Position numbers and translations under genes: made by a program. The notes under the pieces were generated by a model that had not been told where the DNA came from, made no database searches, and saw only the letters and a program-made list of their open reading frames with translations. From Thermodesulfovibrionia bacterium (GTDB taxonomy: Bacteria > Nitrospirota > Thermodesulfovibrionia > Thermodesulfovibrionales > SM23-35), in NCBI GenBank assembly GCA_041500225.1, contig JBGQLV010000002.1, positions 5,616-69,615 on the forward strand: a stretch of DNA of 64,000 nt, given 5' to 3'. Positions within the stretch are counted from its first letter, which is position 1; the number at the start of each line of letters is the position of its first letter. Of the stretch, positions 28,927-37,908 are shown piece by piece.

Positions 28927-30213
28927 ATGTTTATTAAGACTATATTTCTAATTTTTCTAACCCTCTTTTCCTCTTCTGTTGCCCTTTCTGTAGAAAATAG
29001 GAAAGAAGTTATGGTCATCACTGTAAGCGGTGTTATTAATCCTGTTTCAGCAGAATTTATTGGAAAGAGTATTAAGAAGGCGAATGAGAAGAAAGCCGAG
29101 GCACTTATAATTGAGCTTGATACCCCGGGAGGGTTGGACACATCCATGAGAATTATTGTCAAAGATATCATAGGGAGTGAAGTACCTGTTGTTGTGTATG
29201 TTTCGCCGAGTGGCAGCAGGGCAGCCTCTGCGGGTGTATTTATAACTCTGGCTGCCCATATTGCAGCAATGGCACCCGGCACAAATATCGGAGCAGCCCA
29301 TCCAGTTGGCATTGGGGAAAAGATGGATAAGGTGATGGCTGAAAAGGCGACCAACGATGCAGCAGCTTATATAAAGTCTCTTGCAGCGAGAACCGGCAGG
29401 AATGCAAAGTGGGCTGAAGATGCTGTCAGAAAGAGTATCTCTGCGACAGAGGAAGAGGCTTTAAAGGAGACGGTTATAGATCTCGTGAGCAAAGACCTGA
29501 ACAGCCTTCTCTCAGACATAGACAGCAGAAAGGTCCGAACAATTATGGGAGAAAAGGTCCTGATGACTGCAAAAGCAAATGTCGTCAGAGAGGAAACAGG
29601 GATCAGGCATAAGATACTCAACCTCATTTCCGACCCGAATATCGCCTATATCCTTATGCTCCTTGGTTTTTATGGCCTGTTTTTTGAACTTACAAACCCC
29701 GGGACTCTCTTCCCCGGTGTAATGGGAGGAATATGTCTTATACTTGCCTTTTATGCATTTCAGACACTTCCTGTAAATTATGCAGGTCTTCTCCTAATCA
29801 TACTCGCAATCATTCTTTTCATTCTTGAAGTAAAGATCATATCCCATGGAGTATTAACAATCGGCGGAATAATCGCCATGATTATAGGCTCATTGATGCT
29901 CTTCGAATCACCGGCACCTTTTATGAAACTCTCACTTTCTATTATTCTTCCCGCTGTCATTATTACCACCCTTTTTTTTACGTTAACATTCGGCCTTGCA
30001 TTCAAGGCATACAGGAGAAAGCCGATTACCGGCTCTGAAGGCCTTGTAGGAGTAAATGGTATTACAGATACAGATATAACAAAAAATGGGGGTATGGTAT
30101 TATTACATGGTGAGCGCTGGGCAGCATATTCTGATGAGCCTGTATCAAAAGGCGAAAAGATAATAATCGAAGCTGTTTCAGGGTTGAGGGTAAAGGTTAG
30201 AAAATATCAATAA
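28927..30213 (+). CDS. NfeD-family membrane-bound ClpP-class serine protease
   Basis: It has a signal/TM segment and a ClpP-like domain (ELDTPGGLDTS...SRAASAGVFITLA). A block of TM helices follows, then a C-terminal NfeD OB-fold (HGERWAAYSDEPVSKGEKIIIEAVSGLRVKV). Confidence 0.8.
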   Translation: MFIKTIFLIFLTLFSSSVALSVENRKEVMVITVSGVINPVSAEFIGKSIKKANEKKAEALIIELDTPGGLDTSMRIIVKDIIGSEVPVVVYVSPSGSRAASAGVFITLAAHIAAMAPGTNIGAAHPVGIGEKMDKVMAEKATNDAAAYIKSLAARTGRNAKWAEDAVRKSISATEEEALKETVIDLVSKDLNSLLSDIDSRKVRTIMGEKVLMTAKANVVREETGIRHKILNLISDPNIAYILMLLGFYGLFFELTNPGTLFPGVMGGICLILAFYAFQTLPVNYAGLLLIILAIILFILEVKIISHGVLTIGGIIAMIIGSLMLFESPAPFMKLSLSIILPAVIITTLFFTLTFGLAFKAYRRKPITGSEGLVGVNGITDTDITKNGGMVLLHGERWAAYSDEPVSKGEKIIIEAVSGLRVKVRKYQ

Positions 30214-30228
30214 ATTAAGGAGGTTCAT

Positions 30229-31023
30229 ATGCCAAGTTTAGCACCGTCTTTCATGGGTTTTCTTTTAATAATATTCTTTGTAATATATTTCCTTTCGAGT
30301 GCAATAAAAATCTTAAGGGAATATGAAAGAGGAGTTGTATTCAGGCTTGGAAGGATTATTCCTGTAAAAGGACCCGGACTTGTTATTATCTGGCCGATTA
30401 TTGATAAACTCGTTAAGGTTAGCCTCCGTGTCGTTACAATGGATGTTCCTTCCCAGGACGTCATAACAAAAGACAATATTACGGTTAAAGTCAATGCAGT
30501 TGTTTATTTCAGGGTTATGGTCCCAATAAAGGCAATAACCGAGGTTGAGGATTTCTACTTTGCAACATCACAGATAGCACAGACAACTCTCAGGAGCATC
30601 CTTGGTCAGAGCCAGCTTGATGACTTGTTATCAAAGAGGGAAGAGGTCAATGCAGAGCTTCAGAAGGTTATTGACTTTCAGACAGAGCCATGGGGGATAA
30701 AGGTTACGGCAGTCGAGGTTAAGAATGTAGACCTGCCTGAAGCAATGCAGAGGGCAATAGCAAAGCAGGCAGAGGCCGAACGTGAAAGAAGGGCAAAGAT
30801 TATCCATGCAGAGGGAGAGTTTCAGGCTTCACAGAAGCTTGCAGATGCGGCAAAAATAATCGCAACAGCACCTTCTGCATTACAGCTCAGGTTCCTCCAG
30901 ACTCTCACAGAGATTGCTACAGAGAAGAACTCGACAATCATATTCCCTGTACCAATAGATCTGATTAAACTATTTCTTGAAAAGCCGGTACGACTCGATT
31001 CCGAGATAGAAAAATCAAAATAG
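30229..31023 (+). CDS. SPFH/band-7 (stomatin-like) protein
   Basis: It has an N-terminal TM segment and an SPFH core ([13 protein letters not shown]...[20 protein letters not shown]) with an Ala/Glu-rich coiled coil. It is paired with NfeD, as in known operons. Confidence 0.9.
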   Translation: MPSLAPSFMGFLLIIFFVIYFLSSAIKILREYERGVVFRLGRIIPVKGPGLVIIWPIIDKLVKVSLRVVTMDVPSQDVITKDNITVKVNAVVYFRVMVPIKAITEVEDFYFATSQIAQTTLRSILGQSQLDDLLSKREEVNAELQKVIDFQTEPWGIKVTAVEVKNVDLPEAMQRAIAKQAEAERERRAKIIHAEGEFQASQKLADAAKIIATAPSALQLRFLQTLTEIATEKNSTIIFPVPIDLIKLFLEKPVRLDSEIEKSK

Positions 31024-31110
31024 GTCTGTGACCTATTTACGACTTATAGTGCAAGGAGTTCGGCAATAGCATTATTTAAAAATAAGATATGGCTCAGGCT
31101 GTTAATACTC

Positions 31111-31794
31111 ATGTTCATAGTAGTTGGATTGGCATTAATAGCCTATAAAAATGGTCTAATTCCACTTTCAGTTCAAGAAAGCCGATTATTACAAGGACGA
31201 TTGTTACGCTTTCTTGATTCTCTTGGGCCTGCTGCATTTATAGGATTCATTCTTTTACAGGCTGCTCAGGTAATCGTTGCTCCAATCCCAGGAGAAGTTA
31301 CAGGTTTTTTAGGCGGCATTCTATATGGACCTTTCCTTGGGGTTATATTATCCACCATTGGACTGACTCTGGGCTCTTACATAGCCTTTGCTCTCTCGCG
31401 AGCCTTTGGAAGACCTTTTGTAGAAAAATTTGTGAACAAAAAAACTATGAGTCGATTCGATTATCTCCTCCATCACAAGGGTGCATTCTTGATCTTTCTC
31501 CTATTCCTTATACCAGGGTTCCCGAAGGATTTCTTATGTTACATACTTGGACTCGGACACCTCAACACAGCAGAATTCCTTGTGATTGGCGGCACCGGAA
31601 GGCTTATGGGAACAATCCTCTTAACCCTTGGCGGCTCATACATACGACACCATCAATATTATCGGCTATCTATTCTTTTAGGGATTGCAATTGTTATAAT
31701 ATTGGTTTCAATGGCTTACAAAGATAAGCTCGAGAAATTGTTTCAGAAATGGCATTCATACGCAGGTAAGGCAACATTAAAACACAAAAGATAG
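31111..31794 (+). CDS. DedA/TVP38-TMEM64 family membrane protein
   Basis: It is a multi-TM protein with IPGEVTGFLGGILYG and FLIPGFPKDFLCYILG motifs. The true start may be upstream, because the frame is open from 31024 and AAGGAG lies at 31053..31058. No canonical start codon was found there. Confidence 0.7.
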   Translation: MFIVVGLALIAYKNGLIPLSVQESRLLQGRLLRFLDSLGPAAFIGFILLQAAQVIVAPIPGEVTGFLGGILYGPFLGVILSTIGLTLGSYIAFALSRAFGRPFVEKFVNKKTMSRFDYLLHHKGAFLIFLLFLIPGFPKDFLCYILGLGHLNTAEFLVIGGTGRLMGTILLTLGGSYIRHHQYYRLSILLGIAIVIILVSMAYKDKLEKLFQKWHSYAGKATLKHKR

Positions 31795-31934
31795 ATAGTG
31801 GTACTATTACTGAGAACATCTCTTAAAGGAGGTGAACCGAATATGTATACCTGAAAACATTAACGGTTATTAGAATCGTCTCTTTTTAATCCCGTATTTA
31901 ATTAAAAACAATCTAATTAAAAAAGGAGGATATT

Positions 31935-33215
31935 ATGCAGAATTTATCACCTAACACAAATGGGGTGACAAGACAGTTTGAAAGAAGACCTTATTCAAAA
32001 ACCATTGATTTTTCTATAAGCGCTCTTGAATCAAAGGAACGTAAATGGTTGAATCTAAAAGGCAAGGCCATTGATATAAGTGAGGCAGGGATAGGCATAC
32101 AGACAGACTATCCGTTGGCTCCAGGTCATATGCTCTGGTTCAATGAGGGAATAGAAAATAAGGCTGGTTTTGTAAGGTGGTGCGTACAGCTTGATAATGA
32201 CTACAGGGTTGGGATTAAGTTAGATGGAAAACATGTCAAGCATCTCGATGATGTAACAGAACTATTCAATAGACGACTTGAGAAAATAGAGAAAAGATGT
32301 ATTGATTCTGAAGCAGACCCTGACAAACTTTTGCATGATGTTAAAATTGTTATTTCTGAAGTACTCGATGCCTGTGCAGAATTTGAAAGAGAAGTAAAAG
32401 ACAAGGATATTATTCGTGATGCCCGGATCAGGTTCCGTGAAAAAACTAATCCAATTTTGTCGAAGAGTTACTGTATAAACCGCGCAAGAACATGGCCTCA
32501 GGGTTCCCAGGGTGATTATAAAACGCTGGAATATGTGTACAAAAACACACCTCTCTCTGAAGGAATAGGATACTACCTGGATTTGTGTCTCTTGAATTCA
32601 GATCTTGCGCCTGCCGTAAGGAATAGGATCAAGAAACTTGAGGACATACTAAGAGATGAATTACTGAATAGAGAGAAACCTTCTGTCTTGAATATTGCCT
32701 GTGGTTCATGCCGTGAGGTTTTTGAACTGGCTCCTGTAATCGAAAAATCCGGTGCCAAATTTACTTGTATTGATTTGGACAATGATGCCCTTTCTTTCGC
32801 AGCAAACCGTTTATCGTATACCAGTATTTCACCTCTTACATCAAATCAGGTTAAGCTTCGCAAATATAATGCCCTCAGGATGTTTGACGATGAGCTTAAC
32901 ATGAGTGAATTCGGAAAGCAGGACATTATTTACAGTGTCGGGTTCTTTGACTATCTTGAATCCGATTTTCTATCAAGATTGCTAAAAGCTTCATATACCT
33001 TGCTCAATCCGGGCGGTAAGTTAATCGCTTCCTTTAAGGATGCAAGCCGGTACAGACATCAGGATTATCACTGGATCGTTGACTGGGACGGGTTCTTACA
33101 GAGATATGAAGAAGACTTCATGAGTATCTTTTCTGAGGCCCAAATACCTTTTTCTGCAATAACAGAAATGCGTGAAGAAACTGGTGTAATAGTTTTCTAT
33201 GTAATAACAAAGTAG
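31935..33215 (+). CDS. PilZ-domain / class I SAM-dependent methyltransferase fusion protein
   Basis: The N-terminus has a PilZ-like pattern (QFERRPYSK ... GKAIDISEAGIGIQ). The C-terminal Rossmann methyltransferase has VLNIACGSCREVFEL...FTCIDLDNDAL...DIIYSVGFFDYL...LNPGGKLIASF. AGGAGG lies upstream. Confidence 0.7.
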   Translation: MQNLSPNTNGVTRQFERRPYSKTIDFSISALESKERKWLNLKGKAIDISEAGIGIQTDYPLAPGHMLWFNEGIENKAGFVRWCVQLDNDYRVGIKLDGKHVKHLDDVTELFNRRLEKIEKRCIDSEADPDKLLHDVKIVISEVLDACAEFEREVKDKDIIRDARIRFREKTNPILSKSYCINRARTWPQGSQGDYKTLEYVYKNTPLSEGIGYYLDLCLLNSDLAPAVRNRIKKLEDILRDELLNREKPSVLNIACGSCREVFELAPVIEKSGAKFTCIDLDNDALSFAANRLSYTSISPLTSNQVKLRKYNALRMFDDELNMSEFGKQDIIYSVGFFDYLESDFLSRLLKASYTLLNPGGKLIASFKDASRYRHQDYHWIVDWDGFLQRYEEDFMSIFSEAQIPFSAITEMREETGVIVFYVITK

Positions 33216-33216
33216 T

Positions 33217-34446
33217 ATGGATAGAGTTGTTATCACAGGCATAGGCGTTCTTTCTCCTGTCGGTATTGGCCGGCAAGTATACTGGGAGGCATTATTTCTC
33301 GGAAAAACTGGATTTAAAGCGATAAACCTCTTTGATACTGTGCCTTATAAAGTCCATATTGCTGGGGAGATAAGCGATTTTGACCCCGTTTCCTTTCTCG
33401 GCAAAAAGGGACTTCGCACACTTGACCGAAGTACAAGATTGTTAAGCTCTGCTGCCAAACTTGCCATAGATGATGCCAAACTTCAGATTAATGATGAAAA
33501 CACAAATTCCATAGGGGTTTCCATAGGAACGACATTCGGAAGTCTTCACAGTATTTCACAGTTTGACCGTGAAGGACTTATTGAAGGGCCAAAATATGTA
33601 AACCCGTCGCATTTTCCAAATACAGTCATTAACTCTCCCGCAAGTCAAGTGTCAATACGTTTCAAGATAAAGGGCTTCAATACAACCATATCAACAGGGT
33701 TCTGTGCCGGTCTTGATGCAGTCATTTATGCTTCTGACTTTATACGCTTAAACAGAGCAGATGTAGTTCTTGCAGGTGGTGTAGAAGAGCTTTGCGAAGA
33801 GACCTTTCTCGGCTTTCATAACCTCGGATATTTATCAGGGTTAAACGGTTCAGAGCCAATTTGCTGTCCTTTTGATGCGAGAAGAAACGGTATAGTCCTT
33901 TCTGAAGGCGCGGCAGTTCTCGTTCTTGAAGACTTAGAGCATGCTTTAAAAATGGGCTCAGAAATACTTGCCACGGTTAAAGGTTATGGAAATTCCTTTG
34001 ATCCATTGGCTGACAGAGATTTTATAGATGCAGGAAGCGGGGTAAGAAATGCAATCACTCTTGCTTTAAGAGATGCTTCTTTAAAACCGGATGATATAGA
34101 CTATATATCTTCAAGCGCTAATTCAACAAAAAGACTTGATATGATGGAGACAAAGGTTATAAAAGAAGTATTTGGGGAACATGCCTCCAATATTCCTGTA
34201 AGTTCAATAAAATCAATGGTAGGTGAGTCTTTTTCTGCCTCAGGTGCGTTATCATTAGCAGCTACAGTTGGTGTAATAAAGAATGGGTTTATCCCACCGA
34301 CTGTAAATTACAAGGAAAAAGACCCTGAATGTGACCTTGATTATGTCCCGAATAAGGCAAGGCAAAAGGATATTAAAAATGTCCTTGTAATCTCATCCGA
34401 CCCTTATGGTCAAAATACAGCTATTGTGATAGGAAAATATGATTAA
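33217..34446 (+). CDS. beta-ketoacyl synthase-like protein lacking the catalytic His-His pair (KS-beta / chain-length-factor-like)
   Basis: It has a KS fold with Cys retained (ISTGFCAGLDAV). The positions of the two catalytic His read ISSSANST (versus AHGTGT) and KSMVGESFSASG (versus KSM.GH..GA.G). It starts 1 nt after the methyltransferase stop. Confidence 0.8.
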   Translation: MDRVVITGIGVLSPVGIGRQVYWEALFLGKTGFKAINLFDTVPYKVHIAGEISDFDPVSFLGKKGLRTLDRSTRLLSSAAKLAIDDAKLQINDENTNSIGVSIGTTFGSLHSISQFDREGLIEGPKYVNPSHFPNTVINSPASQVSIRFKIKGFNTTISTGFCAGLDAVIYASDFIRLNRADVVLAGGVEELCEETFLGFHNLGYLSGLNGSEPICCPFDARRNGIVLSEGAAVLVLEDLEHALKMGSEILATVKGYGNSFDPLADRDFIDAGSGVRNAITLALRDASLKPDDIDYISSSANSTKRLDMMETKVIKEVFGEHASNIPVSSIKSMVGESFSASGALSLAATVGVIKNGFIPPTVNYKEKDPECDLDYVPNKARQKDIKNVLVISSDPYGQNTAIVIGKYD

Positions 34447-34465
34447 AAATTAGAATACATGTTAT

Positions 34466-34548
34466 TGTCATTCCGCACTTGATGCGGAATCCAGTTTTTA
34501 TTCTTTCTGGATTCCTTCCCGAAAGCTTTCGGGATCCGCAGGAATGAC
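34466..34548. repeat. REP/MITE-like element inside the KS-beta / fabZ-like intergenic gap
   Basis: It reads TGTCATTCCGCACTTGATGCGGAATCCAG ... CCCGAAAGCTTTCGGG ... GCAGGAATGAC. It belongs to the same family as 316..402. Confidence 0.8.
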
Positions 34549-34573
34549 TAAAGGGCATGACGGAGAGCAAATT

Positions 34574-35014
34574 ATGCAGCTTGACTTTGAAGAGATAAAG
34601 AAGCTTATCCCTCAAAGATTTCCATTTATCATGATTGATAAAGTTCTGGAAGTCGAACCGGGTAAAGAGGCTACAGCAGTAAAAAGCGTTTCAGGTAATG
34701 AAACTTTTTTTCTTGGTCATTTTCCGGAAAAGGCTATTATGCCCGGCGCTTTAATAATAGAGGCAATGGCACAGACTGCGATAATCCTTTTTGCTACCGC
34801 GAAAGAAACAAAAAAAGATGACAAAAAACAGATTTATTACTTCGGGTCAGTCAAGGCACGTTTTTTTCATCCTGTGGTTCCAGGAGACCAGTTAAAGATA
34901 AAAGCAGTTAATGTTAAATCTTTACCAAATGGCGCCTTTGTATCAGCAGAAGCATTTGTTGATGACAAAAAGGTAGCAGAGGCAGAGCTTGTATTTAGTG
35001 TGAGGGATGAATAA
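34574..35014 (+). CDS. 3-hydroxyacyl-ACP dehydratase, FabZ family
   Basis: It has a hotdog-fold motif RFPFIMIDKV...FFLGHFPEKAIMPGALIIEAMAQ. I moved the start to ATG 34574, with GGAGAG upstream, because 34544..34573 lies in a repeat element. Confidence 0.85.
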   Translation: MQLDFEEIKKLIPQRFPFIMIDKVLEVEPGKEATAVKSVSGNETFFLGHFPEKAIMPGALIIEAMAQTAIILFATAKETKKDDKKQIYYFGSVKARFFHPVVPGDQLKIKAVNVKSLPNGAFVSAEAFVDDKKVAEAELVFSVRDE

Positions 35015-36215
35015 GAGGGTTGTTATAACAGGATTGGGGGTTATATCCTCAATCGGTATCGGCTGGGAAGAATTCTGGGATAGCCTCCTGAAAGGTAAAT
35101 CAGGCATAAGCCCTGTATCATCTTTTGATACCACAAATCATTTCACACATAATGGCGGTGAGGTAAAGAATTTTAAGCCAGAAGAATTCATTCCAAGAGA
35201 GCAGTTAAAATTCCTGAGCCGCGCATCACAACTTGCCCTTGTTGCGGCAAAACTTGCAATAAAAGACGCAAAACTATCCCAAAAGAATATTTCTAATATA
35301 AGGGTAGGTACCTGCATAGGTACAACCACAGGTTCAATACAAGTTATCGAAGAAATTGATGATAAACTTGTTAAAAATGAGGAGATACATGGAGATTTAA
35401 TATGTCAACTGCCAACCCATACAACACCTGCAGTTATAGCAAAAGAACTAAATCTAAATGGTCCTAATTTTATGTTCTCGACTGCATGTGCAGCGGGAAA
35501 TTATGCTATCGGCTATGGTTTTGATTTAATCAGATTGAATAGAGCGGATATTGTGTTTGCAGGGGGATCTGATCCTTTTTCACGCATTGAATATACTGGA
35601 TTTAATCAACTATCAGCAGTAGCTCCGGAAAAATGCCAGCCTTTTGATAAAAATAGAAAAGGAATGATGGTAGCAGAAGGAGCTGGGACACTTATTCTTG
35701 AAACATTAGAAAGCGCTTTAAAAAGAAAAGCGCCTATATATGCTGAGATTTTGGGATATGGACTTAGTTGTGACGCACAACATATGACACAACCATCTAT
35801 TGAAGGTATTTCTCAATGTATTATAAAGGCAATGCTCGAAGCTGGCATTGAAAAGGAAGATGTTGATTGCATCAGTGCACACGGCACAGGAACCATTGCT
35901 AATGACAGAGCAGAATGTGCTGCAATCAAAGAAGTCTTTGGACCATTTTATAAGCAAATACCTGTTAGCTCAATTAAATCAATGCTTGGCCATACAATGG
36001 GCGCTGCATCGGCACTTGAGGCGATCGCATGTGCCCTTGTTGTAAAAAATGACATTATTCCACCTACTATAAATTATGAAACACCTGATCCTGAATGTGA
36101 TATTGACTGTGTACCAAATGAGGTAAGAAAACACATTGTTAATATAGCTTTGAATAACTCTTTTGCCTTTGGAGGCAATAATGCCTCCCTGGTTTTGAAA
36201 AAATTTATAAATTAA
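35007..36215 (+). CDS. beta-ketoacyl-ACP synthase (FabF/FabB-like, catalytic Cys-His-His intact)
   Basis: It has FSTACAAGNYAIG (Cys), ISAHGTGTIAND (His) and KSMLGHTMGAASALE (His). It overlaps the FabZ-like gene by 8 nt. Confidence 0.9.
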   Translation: MNKRVVITGLGVISSIGIGWEEFWDSLLKGKSGISPVSSFDTTNHFTHNGGEVKNFKPEEFIPREQLKFLSRASQLALVAAKLAIKDAKLSQKNISNIRVGTCIGTTTGSIQVIEEIDDKLVKNEEIHGDLICQLPTHTTPAVIAKELNLNGPNFMFSTACAAGNYAIGYGFDLIRLNRADIVFAGGSDPFSRIEYTGFNQLSAVAPEKCQPFDKNRKGMMVAEGAGTLILETLESALKRKAPIYAEILGYGLSCDAQHMTQPSIEGISQCIIKAMLEAGIEKEDVDCISAHGTGTIANDRAECAAIKEVFGPFYKQIPVSSIKSMLGHTMGAASALEAIACALVVKNDIIPPTINYETPDPECDIDCVPNEVRKHIVNIALNNSFAFGGNNASLVLKKFIN

Positions 36216-36224
36216 GGAGGGCAT

Positions 36225-36488
36225 TTGTTGTCTACGAACAATGTTGAACAGGAAATCATATCAATAATCTCGGATGTTTCAGGATTTGATCCTGAAGAGA
36301 TAAAGCCCGATACAGATTTACAAAATCAATTAGAGATAGATTCCATTAAAGCAATTGAAATTACTGTTGCAATAGAAAAGAAATTCAAAATACAGGTAAG
36401 AGATGAGGACGTTCCGAACATTACTACGTTGAGGCAAGCTGTAGAACTTGTGAATGCACTGATAAGTCAGAAGGATGCCAATGCCTAA
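36225..36488 (+). CDS. acyl carrier protein (dedicated, cluster-associated)
   Basis: The 87-aa ORF has the phosphopantetheine attachment context LEIDSIKAIEI. It has a TTG start 5 nt after AAGGAGG. Confidence 0.8.
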   Translation: MLSTNNVEQEIISIISDVSGFDPEEIKPDTDLQNQLEIDSIKAIEITVAIEKKFKIQVRDEDVPNITTLRQAVELVNALISQKDANA

Positions 36489-37893
36489 AAAAGATAAGGA
36501 GATATATGATGCCATAATAATAGGTGCGGGCATAGGGGGTCTTGTCTGCGGCTGCTACCTTGCAAAGGCAGGTATGAAGGTACTCATTGCGGAGCAGCAT
36601 TATAAACCTGGAGGCTATTGTACTTCGTTTAAGAGACAAGGCTTTTCCTTTGATGCTGCACCCCATTGTTTCGGGTCTTATAGAGAAGGCGGGATTACAA
36701 GAAAGATCTTTCGAGATATTGGAGTAGATAATAAATTGAATATAATAAGACCTGATCCTTCAGATATTTTAATAACACCTGATTACAAAATCCCTTTCTG
36801 GAATGATTTGGAAAAAACAATAAACGAGTTTCAAACGGCCTTTCCAGATGAAGGTAATATCAAGAACTTTTTTTATTTCTTATTAGACACAGATCCTAAG
36901 TCTTTTTCCAAAATGAGAAGTTTGACATTTCAAGAATTATTAAACCAACATTTCACTAATAAAACACTGAAAGCAATCCTATCTTTTCCTTTGTTAGCAA
37001 TTAATGGATTATCCCCATCACTAATATCAGCATTTGTTGGGGCTAAACTTTATTCTGAATTTCTTATTGATGGTGGATATTACCCTAAGGGTGGTATGCA
37101 AGTACTTTCTGATGTTTTGTCAGAAAGATTTAAAGAGTTTGGTGGCGAATTGCAATTGTCATCTCTTGTGAAAAAAATAAGGATTAGAGATAATAAAGTT
37201 ATAGGTATAGTTATAGAAAATGACGGCTTCATACCATCAAGGTATGTGATTTCAAATTGCGATGCAAGACAGACTTTTTTTAAACTTTTAGGTAAAGAAA
37301 AAGTCGAACAGGGTTTTTATAACAGAATAAAGAAAATGGTTCCTTCAATATCGAATTTTATTATATATTTAGGAGTGAACAAATATTTTAAGCCAATGTA
37401 CAATCCGGGGACTTTTTTATTCTTTTTCCCGCATTATAATTTAGAAAAAATATGTCAAGCCTTACAAAAAGGCGATATCAGAGGTAATAGCGGTTACACT
37501 TTACGAGTATCTCACGATAAGTCAACTTTAAATGTCATCATGCTCGCACCCTTTAAAAACAAAAAATATTGGAGTGATAATAAATATAAAGTTTTAGAAT
37601 CATCTATTAAGATGATTGAAAAATCTTTAATCCCAGATTTATCAAAATATATAATATATAAGGATGCTGCAACACCTCAAACATTGCATAGATACACATT
37701 AAACTATAGAGGGGCTTCTTTCGGATGGGCCGGTATCCCTTCACAATTTGCTCTATCTGATTTGAGAAAACCTCCATTTATACAGAACCTTTATTTAGCA
37801 GGTCATTGGACAACTTTAGGCGTAGGAATCTCGGGAGTTGCTTATGTTGGTTATGACACTGCTAAATTAATCTTGAGAAAAGAAAAAACCTGA
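36475..37893 (+). CDS. FAD-dependent oxidoreductase, phytoene desaturase/CrtI (COG1233-like) family
   Basis: The N-terminal dinucleotide-binding motif is YDAIIIGAGIGGLVCGCYLAKAGMKVLIAEQ...PGGY. The C-terminal LYLAGHWT motif and the 472-aa length are typical of CrtI/CrtISO/RetSat-like enzymes. The start may be ATG 36481. Confidence 0.8.
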   Translation: MPMPKKDKEIYDAIIIGAGIGGLVCGCYLAKAGMKVLIAEQHYKPGGYCTSFKRQGFSFDAAPHCFGSYREGGITRKIFRDIGVDNKLNIIRPDPSDILITPDYKIPFWNDLEKTINEFQTAFPDEGNIKNFFYFLLDTDPKSFSKMRSLTFQELLNQHFTNKTLKAILSFPLLAINGLSPSLISAFVGAKLYSEFLIDGGYYPKGGMQVLSDVLSERFKEFGGELQLSSLVKKIRIRDNKVIGIVIENDGFIPSRYVISNCDARQTFFKLLGKEKVEQGFYNRIKKMVPSISNFIIYLGVNKYFKPMYNPGTFLFFFPHYNLEKICQALQKGDIRGNSGYTLRVSHDKSTLNVIMLAPFKNKKYWSDNKYKVLESSIKMIEKSLIPDLSKYIIYKDAATPQTLHRYTLNYRGASFGWAGIPSQFALSDLRKPPFIQNLYLAGHWTTLGVGISGVAYVGYDTAKLILRKEKT

Positions 37894-37908
37894 AATAAAC
37901 TGGTAGCT

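Noticed and set aside
28854-29354. 166-aa ORF antisense to the 5' end of nfeD
   Set aside because: It overlaps the well-supported NfeD protease domain and has no recognisable motif. It is a shadow ORF.
28927-31023. NfeD protease + SPFH/stomatin pair as a novel system
   Set aside because: This gene pair is a well-known conserved operon in bacteria and archaea, and nothing unusual was seen in it.
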